From contig CAXBME010000028.1 in the NCBI GenBank assembly GCA_963976765.1, positions 62,001-118,764 of the forward strand: a DNA stretch of 56,764 nucleotides, given 5' to 3'. A program made the translations under genes and the position numbers. Shown piece after piece: positions 9,878 to 21,845 of this stretch (position 1 is the stretch's first letter; each line of letters opens with the position of its first letter). The notes below the pieces were generated by a model. It was given only the letters and a program-made list of their open reading frames with translations, was not told where the DNA came from and ran no database searches. Source of the DNA: an uncultured Planctomycetaceae bacterium (GTDB lineage Bacteria > Planctomycetota > Planctomycetia > Planctomycetales > Planctomycetaceae).

Positions 9878-11695
9878 ATGGATGCTAACCTGAACACAAT
9901 CCAGTTGGGCGACTGCGTTCAGGCCATGAACGCCCTCCCGGAAGGCTCCGTTGATCTGGCCTTTGCCGACCCCCCATTCAACATCGGTTACGAGTACGAC
10001 GTCTACGACGACAAGCTAGAAAAGCAGCAGTACCTCGACTGGTCCGAACAATGGATCACAGCCGTCTCGCGCGTCCTGAAACCGGACGGAACCTTCTGGC
10101 TGGCCATCGGCGACGAGTACGCCGCCGAACTGAAAATCCTCAGCCAGGACATCGGATTCCACTGCCGAAGCTGGGTCATCTGGTACTACACATTCGGAGT
10201 CAACTGCTCGCACAAATTCACCCGGTCGCACGCTCACCTGTTCCATTTTGTCAAAGATCCCGACAACTTCACCTTCCGCAGCGACGACCTCGACAACCGC
10301 GTCCCCTCCGCAAGAGAACTTGTCTACAACGACAAACGAGCGAACCCTCAGGGCCGACTCCCCGACGACACCTGGATCATTCGCCCGGCCGATGTCGTTG
10401 CGGAACTGGTTAGCGATGACGATGGAACCTGGAGCCCCGACCAGCTTGCACCGCCGTCCGATTCGCAAAACACTTTCGTCTTGCGTCCGCAGGACGTCGC
10501 TCAAAGTTTTCAGCCGAATGAAGATACCTGGTACATCCCGCGAGTCGCCGGCACTTTCAAAGAGCGAGCAGGCTTTCACGGCTGCCAGATGCCTGAGCAA
10601 CTTCTCGGCCGCATCATTCGGACGTGTTCGAATCCCGGTGACCTGGTCATCGACCCGTTTTCCGGAAGCGCGACAACACTGGCGGTTGCCAAAAAGCTTG
10701 GCCGAAAATTCCTCGGCTTTGACATCTCCCAGGACTACGCCGAGTACGGCCTGCGAAGGCTCGATTCGATCAAGGTAGGTGACCGGCTTGATGGCTCGGC
10801 GGAGCCACTGAAGAGTGCCCCGAAAACCGACACCAGAGCTAAAGTCGCACGTGGCAAAGCATCAAAGGGCAAACAGGATCAGAGCCGTCTCGTTACCGAG
10901 GCTCGGTACGATCAAATCCAGCTTGAATTGACATTGCACGGCGTGGCGGAAGCCTACCTTGCAACTCATGATGGTTTTTCCGTCGACCGGGTTGTCGCCG
11001 ATCCGGAGCGGAATCACGACTTCGTCAGCGTCTGTGATCGACTTAGTCTCGTGGGCGACGCTCGAACGTGGAACACGCTACTTTTCCGACTGCGAAAAGC
11101 GGGCAATCTGGCACACATTCCGGCCACTCGCCGGACAGATTTCTCCTGGGATGACTGCGACGAATTCATGTTCGCCAGCGAGATCGCGTGGCAAAGTCTT
11201 TTGAACGAAAAGAGCGCCGCCAGCCTCGACGAAATTCTTTGCGATCCGAAACTCGCGGCAGAGCTGGATCGAAGAGCGGAGTCCCTTGCACCGGGACGCA
11301 CGCCGTTGGAATACCGCTGGGCAGCGTTGAAGCTCCGTAAAGAAGCCAGGTTTGCCCGCGGTCGAGCCGCCGTGCTTCGGCCTCCAACCGCCGTTAGTCC
11401 GGCCACTCCATTGCATGAAGCGATTAGTTCGTCACGCTCGGATGAACCGGGGCTGTACATCCTCAGTGATGATTCCCGGGAATTCTATGTCGGAGAAACG
11501 TTGAGTCTCGATCGACTCTTGAGGCAAGTCCGCAACCGCGCCGAACAGTGGAATACTTTGAGTGATTCCGTTCTCGTCCAGACAATTCCGATGGACCATA
11601 CGAGTGCCGGACGGCTGGCCTGGAAGAGCTGCCTGATCAGCAAACAACTCGAACATTGCCCGCGTCTGAATTACTTCGAGCTTCGCGGAGTTTGA
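9878..11695 (+). CDS. Beta-class N6A/N4C DNA methyltransferase with a long C-terminal extension ending in a GIY-YIG-like domain
   Basis: GDC...DLAFADPPFN (motif IV) precedes H..QMPE.L..RII and DPFSGSATT (motif I). GGAG precedes ATG 9878. The C-terminus contains PGLYIL...FYVGET. Confidence 0.9.
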   Translation: MDANLNTIQLGDCVQAMNALPEGSVDLAFADPPFNIGYEYDVYDDKLEKQQYLDWSEQWITAVSRVLKPDGTFWLAIGDEYAAELKILSQDIGFHCRSWVIWYYTFGVNCSHKFTRSHAHLFHFVKDPDNFTFRSDDLDNRVPSARELVYNDKRANPQGRLPDDTWIIRPADVVAELVSDDDGTWSPDQLAPPSDSQNTFVLRPQDVAQSFQPNEDTWYIPRVAGTFKERAGFHGCQMPEQLLGRIIRTCSNPGDLVIDPFSGSATTLAVAKKLGRKFLGFDISQDYAEYGLRRLDSIKVGDRLDGSAEPLKSAPKTDTRAKVARGKASKGKQDQSRLVTEARYDQIQLELTLHGVAEAYLATHDGFSVDRVVADPERNHDFVSVCDRLSLVGDARTWNTLLFRLRKAGNLAHIPATRRTDFSWDDCDEFMFASEIAWQSLLNEKSAASLDEILCDPKLAAELDRRAESLAPGRTPLEYRWAALKLRKEARFARGRAAVLRPPTAVSPATPLHEAISSSRSDEPGLYILSDDSREFYVGETLSLDRLLRQVRNRAEQWNTLSDSVLVQTIPMDHTSAGRLAWKSCLISKQLEHCPRLNYFELRGV

Positions 11696-11734
11696 CCGGT
11701 GGTGAACGATTTGTAGACCTCACGATCGTTGACG

Positions 11735-11785
11735 GCAGGGTAGGCACTGCCCACCAGTTTTGACTCTGATGGGCGTTGCCCCTAC
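11735..11785. repeat. Degenerate GTAG-type REP doublet
   Basis: gcagggtaggcactgcccacca followed by the inverted degenerate copy tgatgggcgttgcccctac; same family as 5705-5726. Confidence 0.6.
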
Positions 11786-11860
11786 TGATAGCGGCCCCCG
11801 ATTCTCCAGACGCCGGGTCGCTCAGCAACCATCTACATAGTTCCAGCAGAAACAGGCATC

Positions 11861-13300
11861 ATGACATCCAAACCGTTCACGCTGACGGTTCTCGCAGTTG
11901 TCGCGTTGACTCTTCCAGCCTCATTAAAAGCCAATACCATTCCGAAGGCCAGGCCCAACATCGTCGTCGTCTTTATCGACGACATGGGGTGGGGAGACCT
12001 TTCGTGCTTTGGGAACAAAGCTGTCGAGACCGAGAACATTGATCGACTCGCAGCGGAGGGGATACGGTTTGAGCAGTTTTATGTGAACTCGCCGATCTGC
12101 TCGCCGTCACGCGTGGCGATTTCGACGGGGCAGTATCCGCAGCGGTGGCGGATCACTTCTTACTTGAGCAATCGGCAGCACAACGATGCTCGCGGAGTCG
12201 CTCAATGGCTCGATCCGAAGGCCCCGATGCTGGCGAAAATGCTGCACGATTCCGGCTATGCGACCGGGCATTTTGGCAAATGGCATATGGGTGGACAGCG
12301 CGACGTCGGCGAGGCCCCACTGATTTCGGAGTACGGTTTCGACACATCGTTAACCAACTTCGAAGGTCTCGGCCCACGAGTTCTGGCCATCAAAAACGCA
12401 TACGACGGTAAGCCGACAACCAGGCACACGCTGGGTTCAGACAACCTGGGGCGGGGAACGATCACCTACGTCGACCGCTCGCTGGTCACTCAGTCGTTCA
12501 CGACTGCTGCCATCGACTTTGTCAAAAAGTCAGTCGCTGACGGCAAGCCGTTTTACATCAACGTCTGGCCGGATGATGTTCACTCGCCGTTCTTTCCGCC
12601 AAAGGCTCGACGTGGCGACGGCGCCAAACGAACTCTTTACCACGGCGTGCTCGACACAATGGACGAACAGCTCGGTGTCCTGTTCAACCTGATCCGCGAC
12701 AACGAAAAGCTTCGCGACAACACGCTGATTCTACTTTGCTCGGACAACGGCCCGGAGCAGGGAGCGGGCACGGCGAATCCTTACCGCGGATTCAAAACGC
12801 ATCTCTACGAAGGCGGAATTCGATCACCGCTGATTGCGTGGGGACCGGGTTTGCTCAACAAAGAAGCAGCCGGTACGTGGAACCGAAAGTCCGTCTTTGC
12901 CGCCATCGATCTCGCACCGACGCTGCTCACTCTGGCTAGTGTCGATGGTGTTGAGCAAGCTGAATTTGACGGAGAAGCGTTGTCGGGCGTTCTAAAAGGA
13001 ACGACTGAAACATCCCGCCAACAGCCGCTGTTTTTTCGCCGGCCTCCGGATCGCGACGCGTTCTACGGAGACGACGATTTACCGGATCTCGCCGTGCGCG
13101 AAGGAAACTGGAAACTGCTTTGCGAGTATGATGGCAGCGACGCAGAACTCTTTGATCTGGCCGCCGATCCATCTGAAACGAAAAACGTCGCTGGCAGCCA
13201 TGCGGAGATTGTGGAACAACTGACAAAACAACTCGTCGCCTGGCACAAGGCTATGCCGCAGGACAACGGAGCCACCTACAAAGAAAGACGGCGGAGGTAG
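11861..13300 (+). CDS. Secreted sulfatase (S1)
   Basis: Signal peptide; PNIVVVFIDDMGWGD, CSPSRVAISTG, GKWHMG, SDNGP, YEGGIR. Confidence 0.95.
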   Translation: MTSKPFTLTVLAVVALTLPASLKANTIPKARPNIVVVFIDDMGWGDLSCFGNKAVETENIDRLAAEGIRFEQFYVNSPICSPSRVAISTGQYPQRWRITSYLSNRQHNDARGVAQWLDPKAPMLAKMLHDSGYATGHFGKWHMGGQRDVGEAPLISEYGFDTSLTNFEGLGPRVLAIKNAYDGKPTTRHTLGSDNLGRGTITYVDRSLVTQSFTTAAIDFVKKSVADGKPFYINVWPDDVHSPFFPPKARRGDGAKRTLYHGVLDTMDEQLGVLFNLIRDNEKLRDNTLILLCSDNGPEQGAGTANPYRGFKTHLYEGGIRSPLIAWGPGLLNKEAAGTWNRKSVFAAIDLAPTLLTLASVDGVEQAEFDGEALSGVLKGTTETSRQQPLFFRRPPDRDAFYGDDDLPDLAVREGNWKLLCEYDGSDAELFDLAADPSETKNVAGSHAEIVEQLTKQLVAWHKAMPQDNGATYKERRRR

Positions 13301-13364
13301 CGATTGCTCCAGTGAGCGAGCATCAGCACCCGCCGTCATGTAGCGACAATTCTCACCGCCGCTC

Positions 13365-13449
13365 GTCATTCCAACAAAAGCGGGAAACCAGCAGAAATGA
13401 CGCAGTAAATTCAGCTTCTGATGCTGCTTCCCACCTGTGCGGGTATGAC
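13365..13449. repeat. Degenerate palindromic repeat (gtcattccc...gggaatgac type)
   Basis: gtcattccaacaaaagcgggaaaccag ... ttcccacctgtgcgggtatgac between convergent genes. Confidence 0.5.
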
Positions 13450-13475
13450 CGTCAGAACGAGATTATGCAGCATCA

Positions 13476-15358
<1,883 letters not shown>

Positions 15359-15362
<4 letters not shown>

Positions 15363-16801
15363 GCGAAAATCTCGTGGACGACTTTTCCGGCGACGTCGGT
15401 CAAGCGCTCGTCGCGACCGTTGTGATAGAAGGTCAGCTCTTCATGATTGAGGCCGAGCATGTGCAGAATCGTGGCGTGCAGATCGTGGACGTGGACCGGC
15501 TTCTCAACGGCTCGCAGGCCGACAGGGTCAGTTGCTCCGTAGGCGAAGCCGCCTTTGACGCCAGCTCCAGCGAACCAGACTGAGTATCCCCACGGGTTGT
15601 GGTCTCGACCTTTGCCCTGCTCGCTCATTGGCATCCGACCAAACTCGCCGCCCCAGATCACAAGGGTGTCGTCGAGTAATCCACGGTCGTCAAGATCCTG
15701 CAACAGCCCAGCGACAGGGAGGTCGGTACGGCGGCAGTAAAGATCGTGGTTCGTCGTCACGTTTGCGTGAGCATCCCAGCCATTTGTGTCCCCCGAGTAA
15801 AGCTGTACGAAGCGGACTCCGCGTTCGACCATCCGGCGAGCCAGCAGACAACGGCGACCAAACTCGTCGGTATCCATCCCGCCAATGCCGTACAACTTCT
15901 GAGTGGCGGCTGACTCCTGAGCAATGTCGACAACTTCCGGAGCCGTGGCCTGCATGCGGAAGGCAAGTTCGTACGAGTTCACTCGGGCCAGCAGTTCCTC
16001 ATCGAAGTCTCGTTGCTCGGCATGTTGTGCGTTCAATTTTCGAATCAGTGCAAGGGCATTCCGCTGACGATCCGACGTCACCTCAGGTTGCGGACGCAGA
16101 TGAAGAATGGGATTCTTCCCTGCCCGCATCGTCGTTCCCTGAAACGTCGCCGGGAGGAAACCGCTACCCCAGGCGGGAGGGCCGCCTTTCACACCGTTGC
16201 CCGGATCGGGAAGCACGACGAACGCGGGCATATTGCCGTTTTCGGTTCCGAGTCCGTACGCCGCCCAACTCCCCAGGCTTGGCTTGCCCATCAGAATGCT
16301 GCCGGTATTCATCTGGTAGACCGACTGCGGATGATTGACGCTGTCTCCGTGGCAGCTTCTCAGAACACACAGCTTGTCGGCATGCTTCGCGGTATGGGGC
16401 AGAAAGTCGCTGATCTCCAGACCGGACTCGCCGCGAGGTCGAAACGGTCGGATCGGGCCGAGTAACGGGTTCTTTGCCACGTTCCGCCGCGTCATCACCG
16501 AACCGAAACTGTCGGGCAGCGGCATTCCGTTAAGTCGGACAAGTTCAGGCTTCGGATCCAGCAGATCAACGTGCGAGGGGCCTCCATGCATGAACAGCCA
16601 GATCACCCGTCTGGCGCGCGGAGCGAAATGCGTCTGACGCGGCACCAGTGGATTGTCTGGAACTCCGTTATTTGCTGACGCCTCAGCATTCAGCAGACTT
16701 GCCAGAGCGATCGCTCCACAGCCACCGCCAGCCTGTAATAGAAACTGCCGTCGAGACGGCGGCACATCATCAGTCATGCCGTTCGATTCTGCATGAGACA
16801 C
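15359..16801 (-). CDS. DUF1501 domain protein (Tat signal)
   Basis: SRRQFL twin-arginine motif; IWLFMHGGPSHVDLLDPKP, ARRMVERGVRFVQ, WDAH, GEFGRMP, GRDHNP, HDLHATILH. GTG 16801 has GGAG upstream. 4-bp overlap with the partner gene. Confidence 0.93.
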
Positions 16802-16813
16802 GATCCACTCCCA

Positions 16814-16851
16814 CAAAAGAAAAGCCCGAGACGATTCCCGGCTCGGGCTTC
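16814..16851 (-). terminator. Intrinsic terminator after the desaturase gene
   Basis: Minus strand gaagcccgag-ccgggaatcgt-ctcgggcttttcttttg: stem plus U-tract, about 27 nt after the stop. Confidence 0.65.
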
Positions 16852-16877
16852 AAAATGACGGATGACAGGATACTTCG

Positions 16878-17927
16878 TCAACTGGTAGCCGCAGGAACGT
16901 AGCCTCGATCATTTTCAGAGAGGACTTCTTCCACAACGTCGGCGACAAAATTATCAGCGACATTCTTCTCGGCATTCGGCGCTTCAGCTCCAGCGTTCAT
17001 CCCGACGCCGGGATTCTTGATCAGAAACGGGATCATGTCCCAGACTGCGGCTGAGTAAGTTCGAAACATCGGGTACTGCAGCTCCGGCTGCTTTTCGAGG
17101 TACTCGTTCATCTTTTCTTTAAGCGTCCGATGCGCCACTCGCGGATGTCGATGGTGCGGACCGTGCACGAAAATGTCGAAGTTGAGCCACGTGCAGACTC
17201 GTGTAAACCAGTTGTTGCCGACGACGGTTCGAGTCCCCAGCATCGGATCGTAACTCGCCATGCCGATGTGTTCGGTGAATTTCCGTCCCGACTGAATCAT
17301 GCCAGCGAACAGGTGCGGAATCGCCCACGCCCGGAAAAATGATCCCCAGGTCTCAGTCACCGTGAAGACTGCGAACAGCCCACCCCAGAAGAGAATGCAC
17401 ATGGCGTATTCCAGCCACACTGTTCGTCGCAGCTTTTTATCAGTCAGCGGCGAGTCCTTGTGAAAGAACAGACGCCCGTACGTAACCATCGCGCCGAACA
17501 TGCCAAGGAAAAAGTCGAAAATCACAAAGCCCCGCCGAAACCAGATGGACGCTTTGGGATCGGAGTACGGCCAGAGTTCCCAGTCGTGCGGTTTGTTGAG
17601 GTAGGCGTGGTGGCGAATGTGGCTTTCGCGATAAACCGTGTACGGAACAAAAATCAGAGTGCCGATCACTCGTCCCAGCCAGATGCTGGTTTCGCGTCGT
17701 GGCGTGAGTGTCTGATGAGCGGTTTCGTGCAGGCAGCTCGTCCAGCAGAACATGCAGTAGGCAGTGAAGGCTGTCCAGAAAATCTGCCAGCCGATCATGT
17801 CAGCCGGCCACTGATTCCAGAGCGCCCAGATCCCCAGCACACCACCAGGGAAAAACTGGAATCGTGCCCACGTCCACTTATCGCTGAGAGCTTCCTGCTC
17901 CTGAGTAGTGAAAATCGTAACCGACAC
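16878..17927 (-). CDS. Membrane fatty-acid desaturase family protein
   Basis: His boxes HETAH, HIRHH, HGPHH(RH), plus TEH and TM helices. Start uncertain (GTG 17927 with GGGAG upstream, or 17981). Confidence 0.88.
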   Translation of the reverse strand: MSVTIFTTQEQEALSDKWTWARFQFFPGGVLGIWALWNQWPADMIGWQIFWTAFTAYCMFCWTSCLHETAHQTLTPRRETSIWLGRVIGTLIFVPYTVYRESHIRHHAYLNKPHDWELWPYSDPKASIWFRRGFVIFDFFLGMFGAMVTYGRLFFHKDSPLTDKKLRRTVWLEYAMCILFWGGLFAVFTVTETWGSFFRAWAIPHLFAGMIQSGRKFTEHIGMASYDPMLGTRTVVGNNWFTRVCTWLNFDIFVHGPHHRHPRVAHRTLKEKMNEYLEKQPELQYPMFRTYSAAVWDMIPFLIKNPGVGMNAGAEAPNAEKNVADNFVADVVEEVLSENDRGYVPAATS

Positions 17928-18175
17928 CGGTATACCGCTCCCGAGATGGTTAATTGGCCAAGGCTTCGCACTGCTACACAAAAGCGGCGAATCCGTGCCA
18001 GAAAGACTGCGGTGTTAACAACCCCCGGCACGACCTCCAGCATGCGTACCACCAGTCAATAAGCAGTCCACGATGCTACCCATGCGTAGTCCAGATCGTC
18101 AACTGACAGAAGATTTCAGACAATTTATGGCGGCTTTTCAACATTTTCGGCGATACCGACGCAGCTCGGATGGCC

Positions 18176-19147
18176 TCACAACCAGGGTAATCGTTCCAGA
18201 TCGACGTTTCCCCCACTTAGTACCACCCCGACCGATTCGACTCCGCTTACCGCCGCAAACTGACTACTGAGAATGGACGCAAGAACGACGGCAGAACTCG
18301 GTTCGACCAACAGCTTCGCCCGCTCCCACAGAAGTCGCATGGCAGCAACAATTTCGTCATCGCTGACGGTCACAATCTGCTCGACGTGCTGCTGGATGAT
18401 GCCCCAGTTTCGCTGCCCGAGACTCGTCAGCAGCCCATCGGCGATCGTTTTCGGTTCGGTTTGAGGGATGAGCTTTCCTGCCGCGACGGATCGCGCGGCA
18501 TCATCGGCTCCTGCCGGCTCTCCGGCGAAGATTCGAATCGACGAATCCTGCCCGTGCGCCGCGATGCATGTTCCTCCCAGCAATCCGCCCCCTCCGACCG
18601 GGGTAATAACCGCGTCGAGCGACGAGCTCAACTCAGCCACCTGATCGAACAGCTCCAGCATCGCCGTCCCCTGCCCCGCGATGACGTCGTCGTTGTCGTA
18701 GGGGTGAATGAACGTTGCTCCGGTGCGAGTTTGAACTTCACTCGCAGTCGACTCCCGCGCAGCAAGAGTTGGCTCGCAGACGATGACTTCGGCACCATAT
18801 CCCTCGACGGCAGCTCTCTTTACAGTCGGAGCGGTCGTTGGCATCACGATATAAGCCGGAACGCCTCGCATCTTTGCGGCCAGAGCCAGGGCCTGCGCGT
18901 GGTTGCCCGAGCTATGAGTCACCACGCCGTTGGCCGCGTCCTCGTCTGACAACTGACCGACCGCGTTGCAGGCTCCGCGAAACTTGAACGCACCGACTTT
19001 CTGGAAGTTTTCACACTTGAAGAAGAGCCGACGTCCGGCCAGTTCGTCGATCGCCGAACACGTCATCACTGGCGTTCGATGCGCGACGCCGGCAATCCTC
19101 GCCGCAGCACGTTGCACTGATTCAAAGGTTACTTTTGAAACGCCCAT
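18176..19147 (-). CDS. PLP-dependent Ser/Thr dehydratase / serine racemase family enzyme
   Basis: KCENFQKVGAFKFRGA, SSGNHAQ, PVGGGGLLGG, TIADGL, LSGGNVD. ATG 19147 preferred. Confidence 0.93.
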   Translation of the reverse strand: MGVSKVTFESVQRAAARIAGVAHRTPVMTCSAIDELAGRRLFFKCENFQKVGAFKFRGACNAVGQLSDEDAANGVVTHSSGNHAQALALAAKMRGVPAYIVMPTTAPTVKRAAVEGYGAEVIVCEPTLAARESTASEVQTRTGATFIHPYDNDDVIAGQGTAMLELFDQVAELSSSLDAVITPVGGGGLLGGTCIAAHGQDSSIRIFAGEPAGADDAARSVAAGKLIPQTEPKTIADGLLTSLGQRNWGIIQQHVEQIVTVSDDEIVAAMRLLWERAKLLVEPSSAVVLASILSSQFAAVSGVESVGVVLSGGNVDLERLPWL

Positions 19148-19364
19148 TCCTGGCTTCAACTCCTGCCGTCGTGAGAGATCATCAATGCAAACGAGCTGCT
19201 GGCCCTGCATTCGTCGGATGATGGAAGGATCCGGGCTGTCTCGTTCTTTTGCAACGATTATGAAGTCATGCCGCGATGTGAAAATGCCGAGGCGATTCCC
19301 CAATTGAAGAATCACCTCGGCTGATACTGTCTTCACTCGCGTGGCAGAGGTGACTGTCGATCGA

Positions 19365-20549
19365 CTACTTCACCAGCTTCGGGCCGTGATTTCCAATGCC
19401 GATTGTTCGGAAGACTTCCAGCAGGTTTTCCGCGTCGGAACCCCCATCCGCCACATGGTGGTAGTAAGTTGTGCCGCCTTCGTCCGGCGAGGCCGCATTA
19501 ACCATCAACGATGAATGCGCGCTCGAACCCAGTGTCACAACATGAAGCTTGATACCTCGCGCCTTGATGGTGTTCGACCATTTTGTCACGGATGTGTTGC
19601 TGCTGTAGCTGGGGTTTTTGCTGTACGGTGGCGGGGGCAATGTTCCGGTCGGCCCATCATTCGGTTCAGGATATGGCTCCGGCAGGTTCGTCTGACCATC
19701 AGTCATCAGCACAATGATCTGTTCTGGTTCCGGCTCATCCGGCAGCGGAGCCGGGCGAGGATTTGGATCAGCCAGAATCACATCCAGGCCGGCTCGCAGG
19801 CCACCAGCAACGTTTGTCCCGCTCGTGTAGAACCCGTCTTCCAGATCGTCAATTCGATCGAGAGTGTCAGACTTGTCGAAGTCGAGGTCGGTCTCAGGTC
19901 GGCCTGTTTTCTCCCATCGATTTCGCGAATTGTCTTTCCAGGAAAACACGGCCAGCCCAACCCGGTCTTCCGGAAGCAGCTCATCAACCATCGCCGTCGC
20001 CGCGTTCTTCGTATTTTTCATTCGCGTTTTTCCATTCGACATTTTGGCATCCATCGATGTCGAGCAGTCAATGACCACGACGATGTCCCGGGGAATCGTG
20101 CTGGCGAGCGTTGCCACGGCTTCAGCACCGGTTGAATAACCGTTCTCGCCGAAAACAGGTCCAAAGAATGCGGGAATTCCATTGTCAACGACGCTCAGCC
20201 GGACTGCGTCAGCCGTGTTGAAGTCAGTGCTCGTCGTAAAAACTCGCGTATCAATATCCCAGTTGCCATACTCAGTCGTCACGACCAGGTCAGAGCTTGT
20301 GACGTCGTAGCCGTTGGCCAGAAGCAGATCACTAACCGCTTGTGTGACCGCCGCTTCGTCGTTGGTCAACTCTTCGATTGCCGCCAGAGCCGCAGCGTCA
20401 ACTGCCGCTCGAAGCCGGGTCTTCTTGACCTGGATGTACCCAAAGTCAGTCGTAAAGGCGGCCATGCCGAGAATAAAGATCATGAACACAGCCGCCAGAA
20501 CCAGAATGGCTCCTCGCCGTAAATGAGCGGGTTTCGTGGACACATTCAT
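19365..20549 (-). CDS. TadG-like pilus assembly protein with vWA domain
   Basis: Prepilin-like RRGAILVL...D.G...L..AVDAAALA; MIDAS DCSTSM; GTNVAGGL; MTDG. Confidence 0.85.
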   Translation of the reverse strand: MNVSTKPAHLRRGAILVLAAVFMIFILGMAAFTTDFGYIQVKKTRLRAAVDAAALAAIEELTNDEAAVTQAVSDLLLANGYDVTSSDLVVTTEYGNWDIDTRVFTTSTDFNTADAVRLSVVDNGIPAFFGPVFGENGYSTGAEAVATLASTIPRDIVVVIDCSTSMDAKMSNGKTRMKNTKNAATAMVDELLPEDRVGLAVFSWKDNSRNRWEKTGRPETDLDFDKSDTLDRIDDLEDGFYTSGTNVAGGLRAGLDVILADPNPRPAPLPDEPEPEQIIVLMTDGQTNLPEPYPEPNDGPTGTLPPPPYSKNPSYSSNTSVTKWSNTIKARGIKLHVVTLGSSAHSSLMVNAASPDEGGTTYYHHVADGGSDAENLLEVFRTIGIGNHGPKLVK

Positions 20550-20879
20550 GATGCAAATCCTGCCTGAAACGATCGTGTTCGCGACTAATCACCGATCTGA
20601 ACGGAGCATCGCACACTGGAACTAAAGTAGTTCGATCATTTGAACCGTGCTGAGGAATCTGCCGGTCTCACGCATCGCGACGTGATCTTTCGCGGGACTC
20701 ACGCCGAAAGTAGAGGAAGAACCGAACTGTCACTAAACTGCCTGAGCAGATCAGGCTGCATTCCGTTGCTGTCAGGCGTCATGTTGCCAGATGGCATCAT
20801 TGGAATTCGCGATCACAATCAAACAACCGCGAAAAGACTCCCCGAGCCTGGCCAGCTCAACACCTTCCGGGTCATTCGA

Positions 20880-21698
20880 ATGTCAAACACTTCTCGCAGA
20901 ATCCGACAGAATGGCTTGCTCGCCACACTTATGGCCGTTGCCGTGGCGACGATCGCCGGATGCGGCAGCCAGGCCTACGAACAGCGACTCGCAGAAACAG
21001 CGAAGTATTTCGCCTATCGACAGCAGGTTGACTCGGCTTTGCAACGCAACGCCTGGCAGGATTTCGGAATTCAAATGCGTCTGCCAAACGGGTTCCAGGA
21101 AATTCCCGGACCGGTTGAAGAAGACGAACACGACGCTCGGCAGCCGGACTTTCTGTCGCAACCACTGCCCGGACTTATCGGAGCCTGGCAGACCGAAGTT
21201 TACGTCGAGATTCCGGATCGTGAATCCCCATCCATGCCGGCCTGGATTTTCCTCTGCACCAACCACGAACGGTTTCTCAATCAGCAGTCTGATCCAACAG
21301 CCACGCCGGCACTTCTTATCGAAGACCTCAGCAACGTACTCGCCGCCGAACTTCGCTACGAACCGGACACCGCGCTCAACCGATGGACGTACGAAGAAAC
21401 GCGAGCCCCCATCGGAACGCCATACGTTCCTCGAAAAACTTACGAATGGATCCTGCTCGACGACGAACGAACTATTGGCAGCGAACGAGTCCGGATGCAG
21501 TTTCGACTGATCCGGTATTACGTGAATCAAATTCAGTTCTGCCTGTTGACCGTCGCTCCTCACGAAGAAATCCTCGACCGCAACGACTGGCGAAAACTGT
21601 ACGGGGCCGTCGACCTGATGATGGAAAACCTCGTTGTCTCTGGCGATCCGCCACGCCAGCAGAAATCCGGCCCAGCCCCCAGCGGCGGCGGCTTTTGA
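20880..21698 (+). CDS. Hypothetical lipoprotein
   Basis: From ATG 20880: basic N-terminus, hydrophobic stretch, lipobox IAG-C. No family recognised. Confidence 0.7.
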   Translation: MSNTSRRIRQNGLLATLMAVAVATIAGCGSQAYEQRLAETAKYFAYRQQVDSALQRNAWQDFGIQMRLPNGFQEIPGPVEEDEHDARQPDFLSQPLPGLIGAWQTEVYVEIPDRESPSMPAWIFLCTNHERFLNQQSDPTATPALLIEDLSNVLAAELRYEPDTALNRWTYEETRAPIGTPYVPRKTYEWILLDDERTIGSERVRMQFRLIRYYVNQIQFCLLTVAPHEEILDRNDWRKLYGAVDLMMENLVVSGDPPRQQKSGPAPSGGGF

Positions 21699-21717
21699 TC
21701 GTCTGCCCCAAAAGTGA

Positions 21718-21790
21718 GTCACTGGTTCTGCCAGTGTTTTTCGTAATCGAAGTCGCCCGACATTTTCGCACACGCAAAACCATTGGCACA
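21718..21790. repeat. REP-like element (cactggNtctgccagtg family)
   Basis: Hairpin cactggttctgccagtg with a distal cattggcaca; related to 41611-41688. Confidence 0.5.
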
Positions 21791-21845
21791 CTTTGCGACT
21801 TCGGATTCCAGCACGACTCAATCAACCATCAGTCTGAGTATTCCT

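Noticed and set aside
21784..21797. TGGCAC...TTGC as a sigma-54 promoter
   Set aside because: GG-to-GC spacing is 8 nt rather than the required 10.
20883..21821. 312-aa minus-strand ORF
   Set aside because: Antisense to the lipoprotein gene, which has a lipobox and more protein-like composition.
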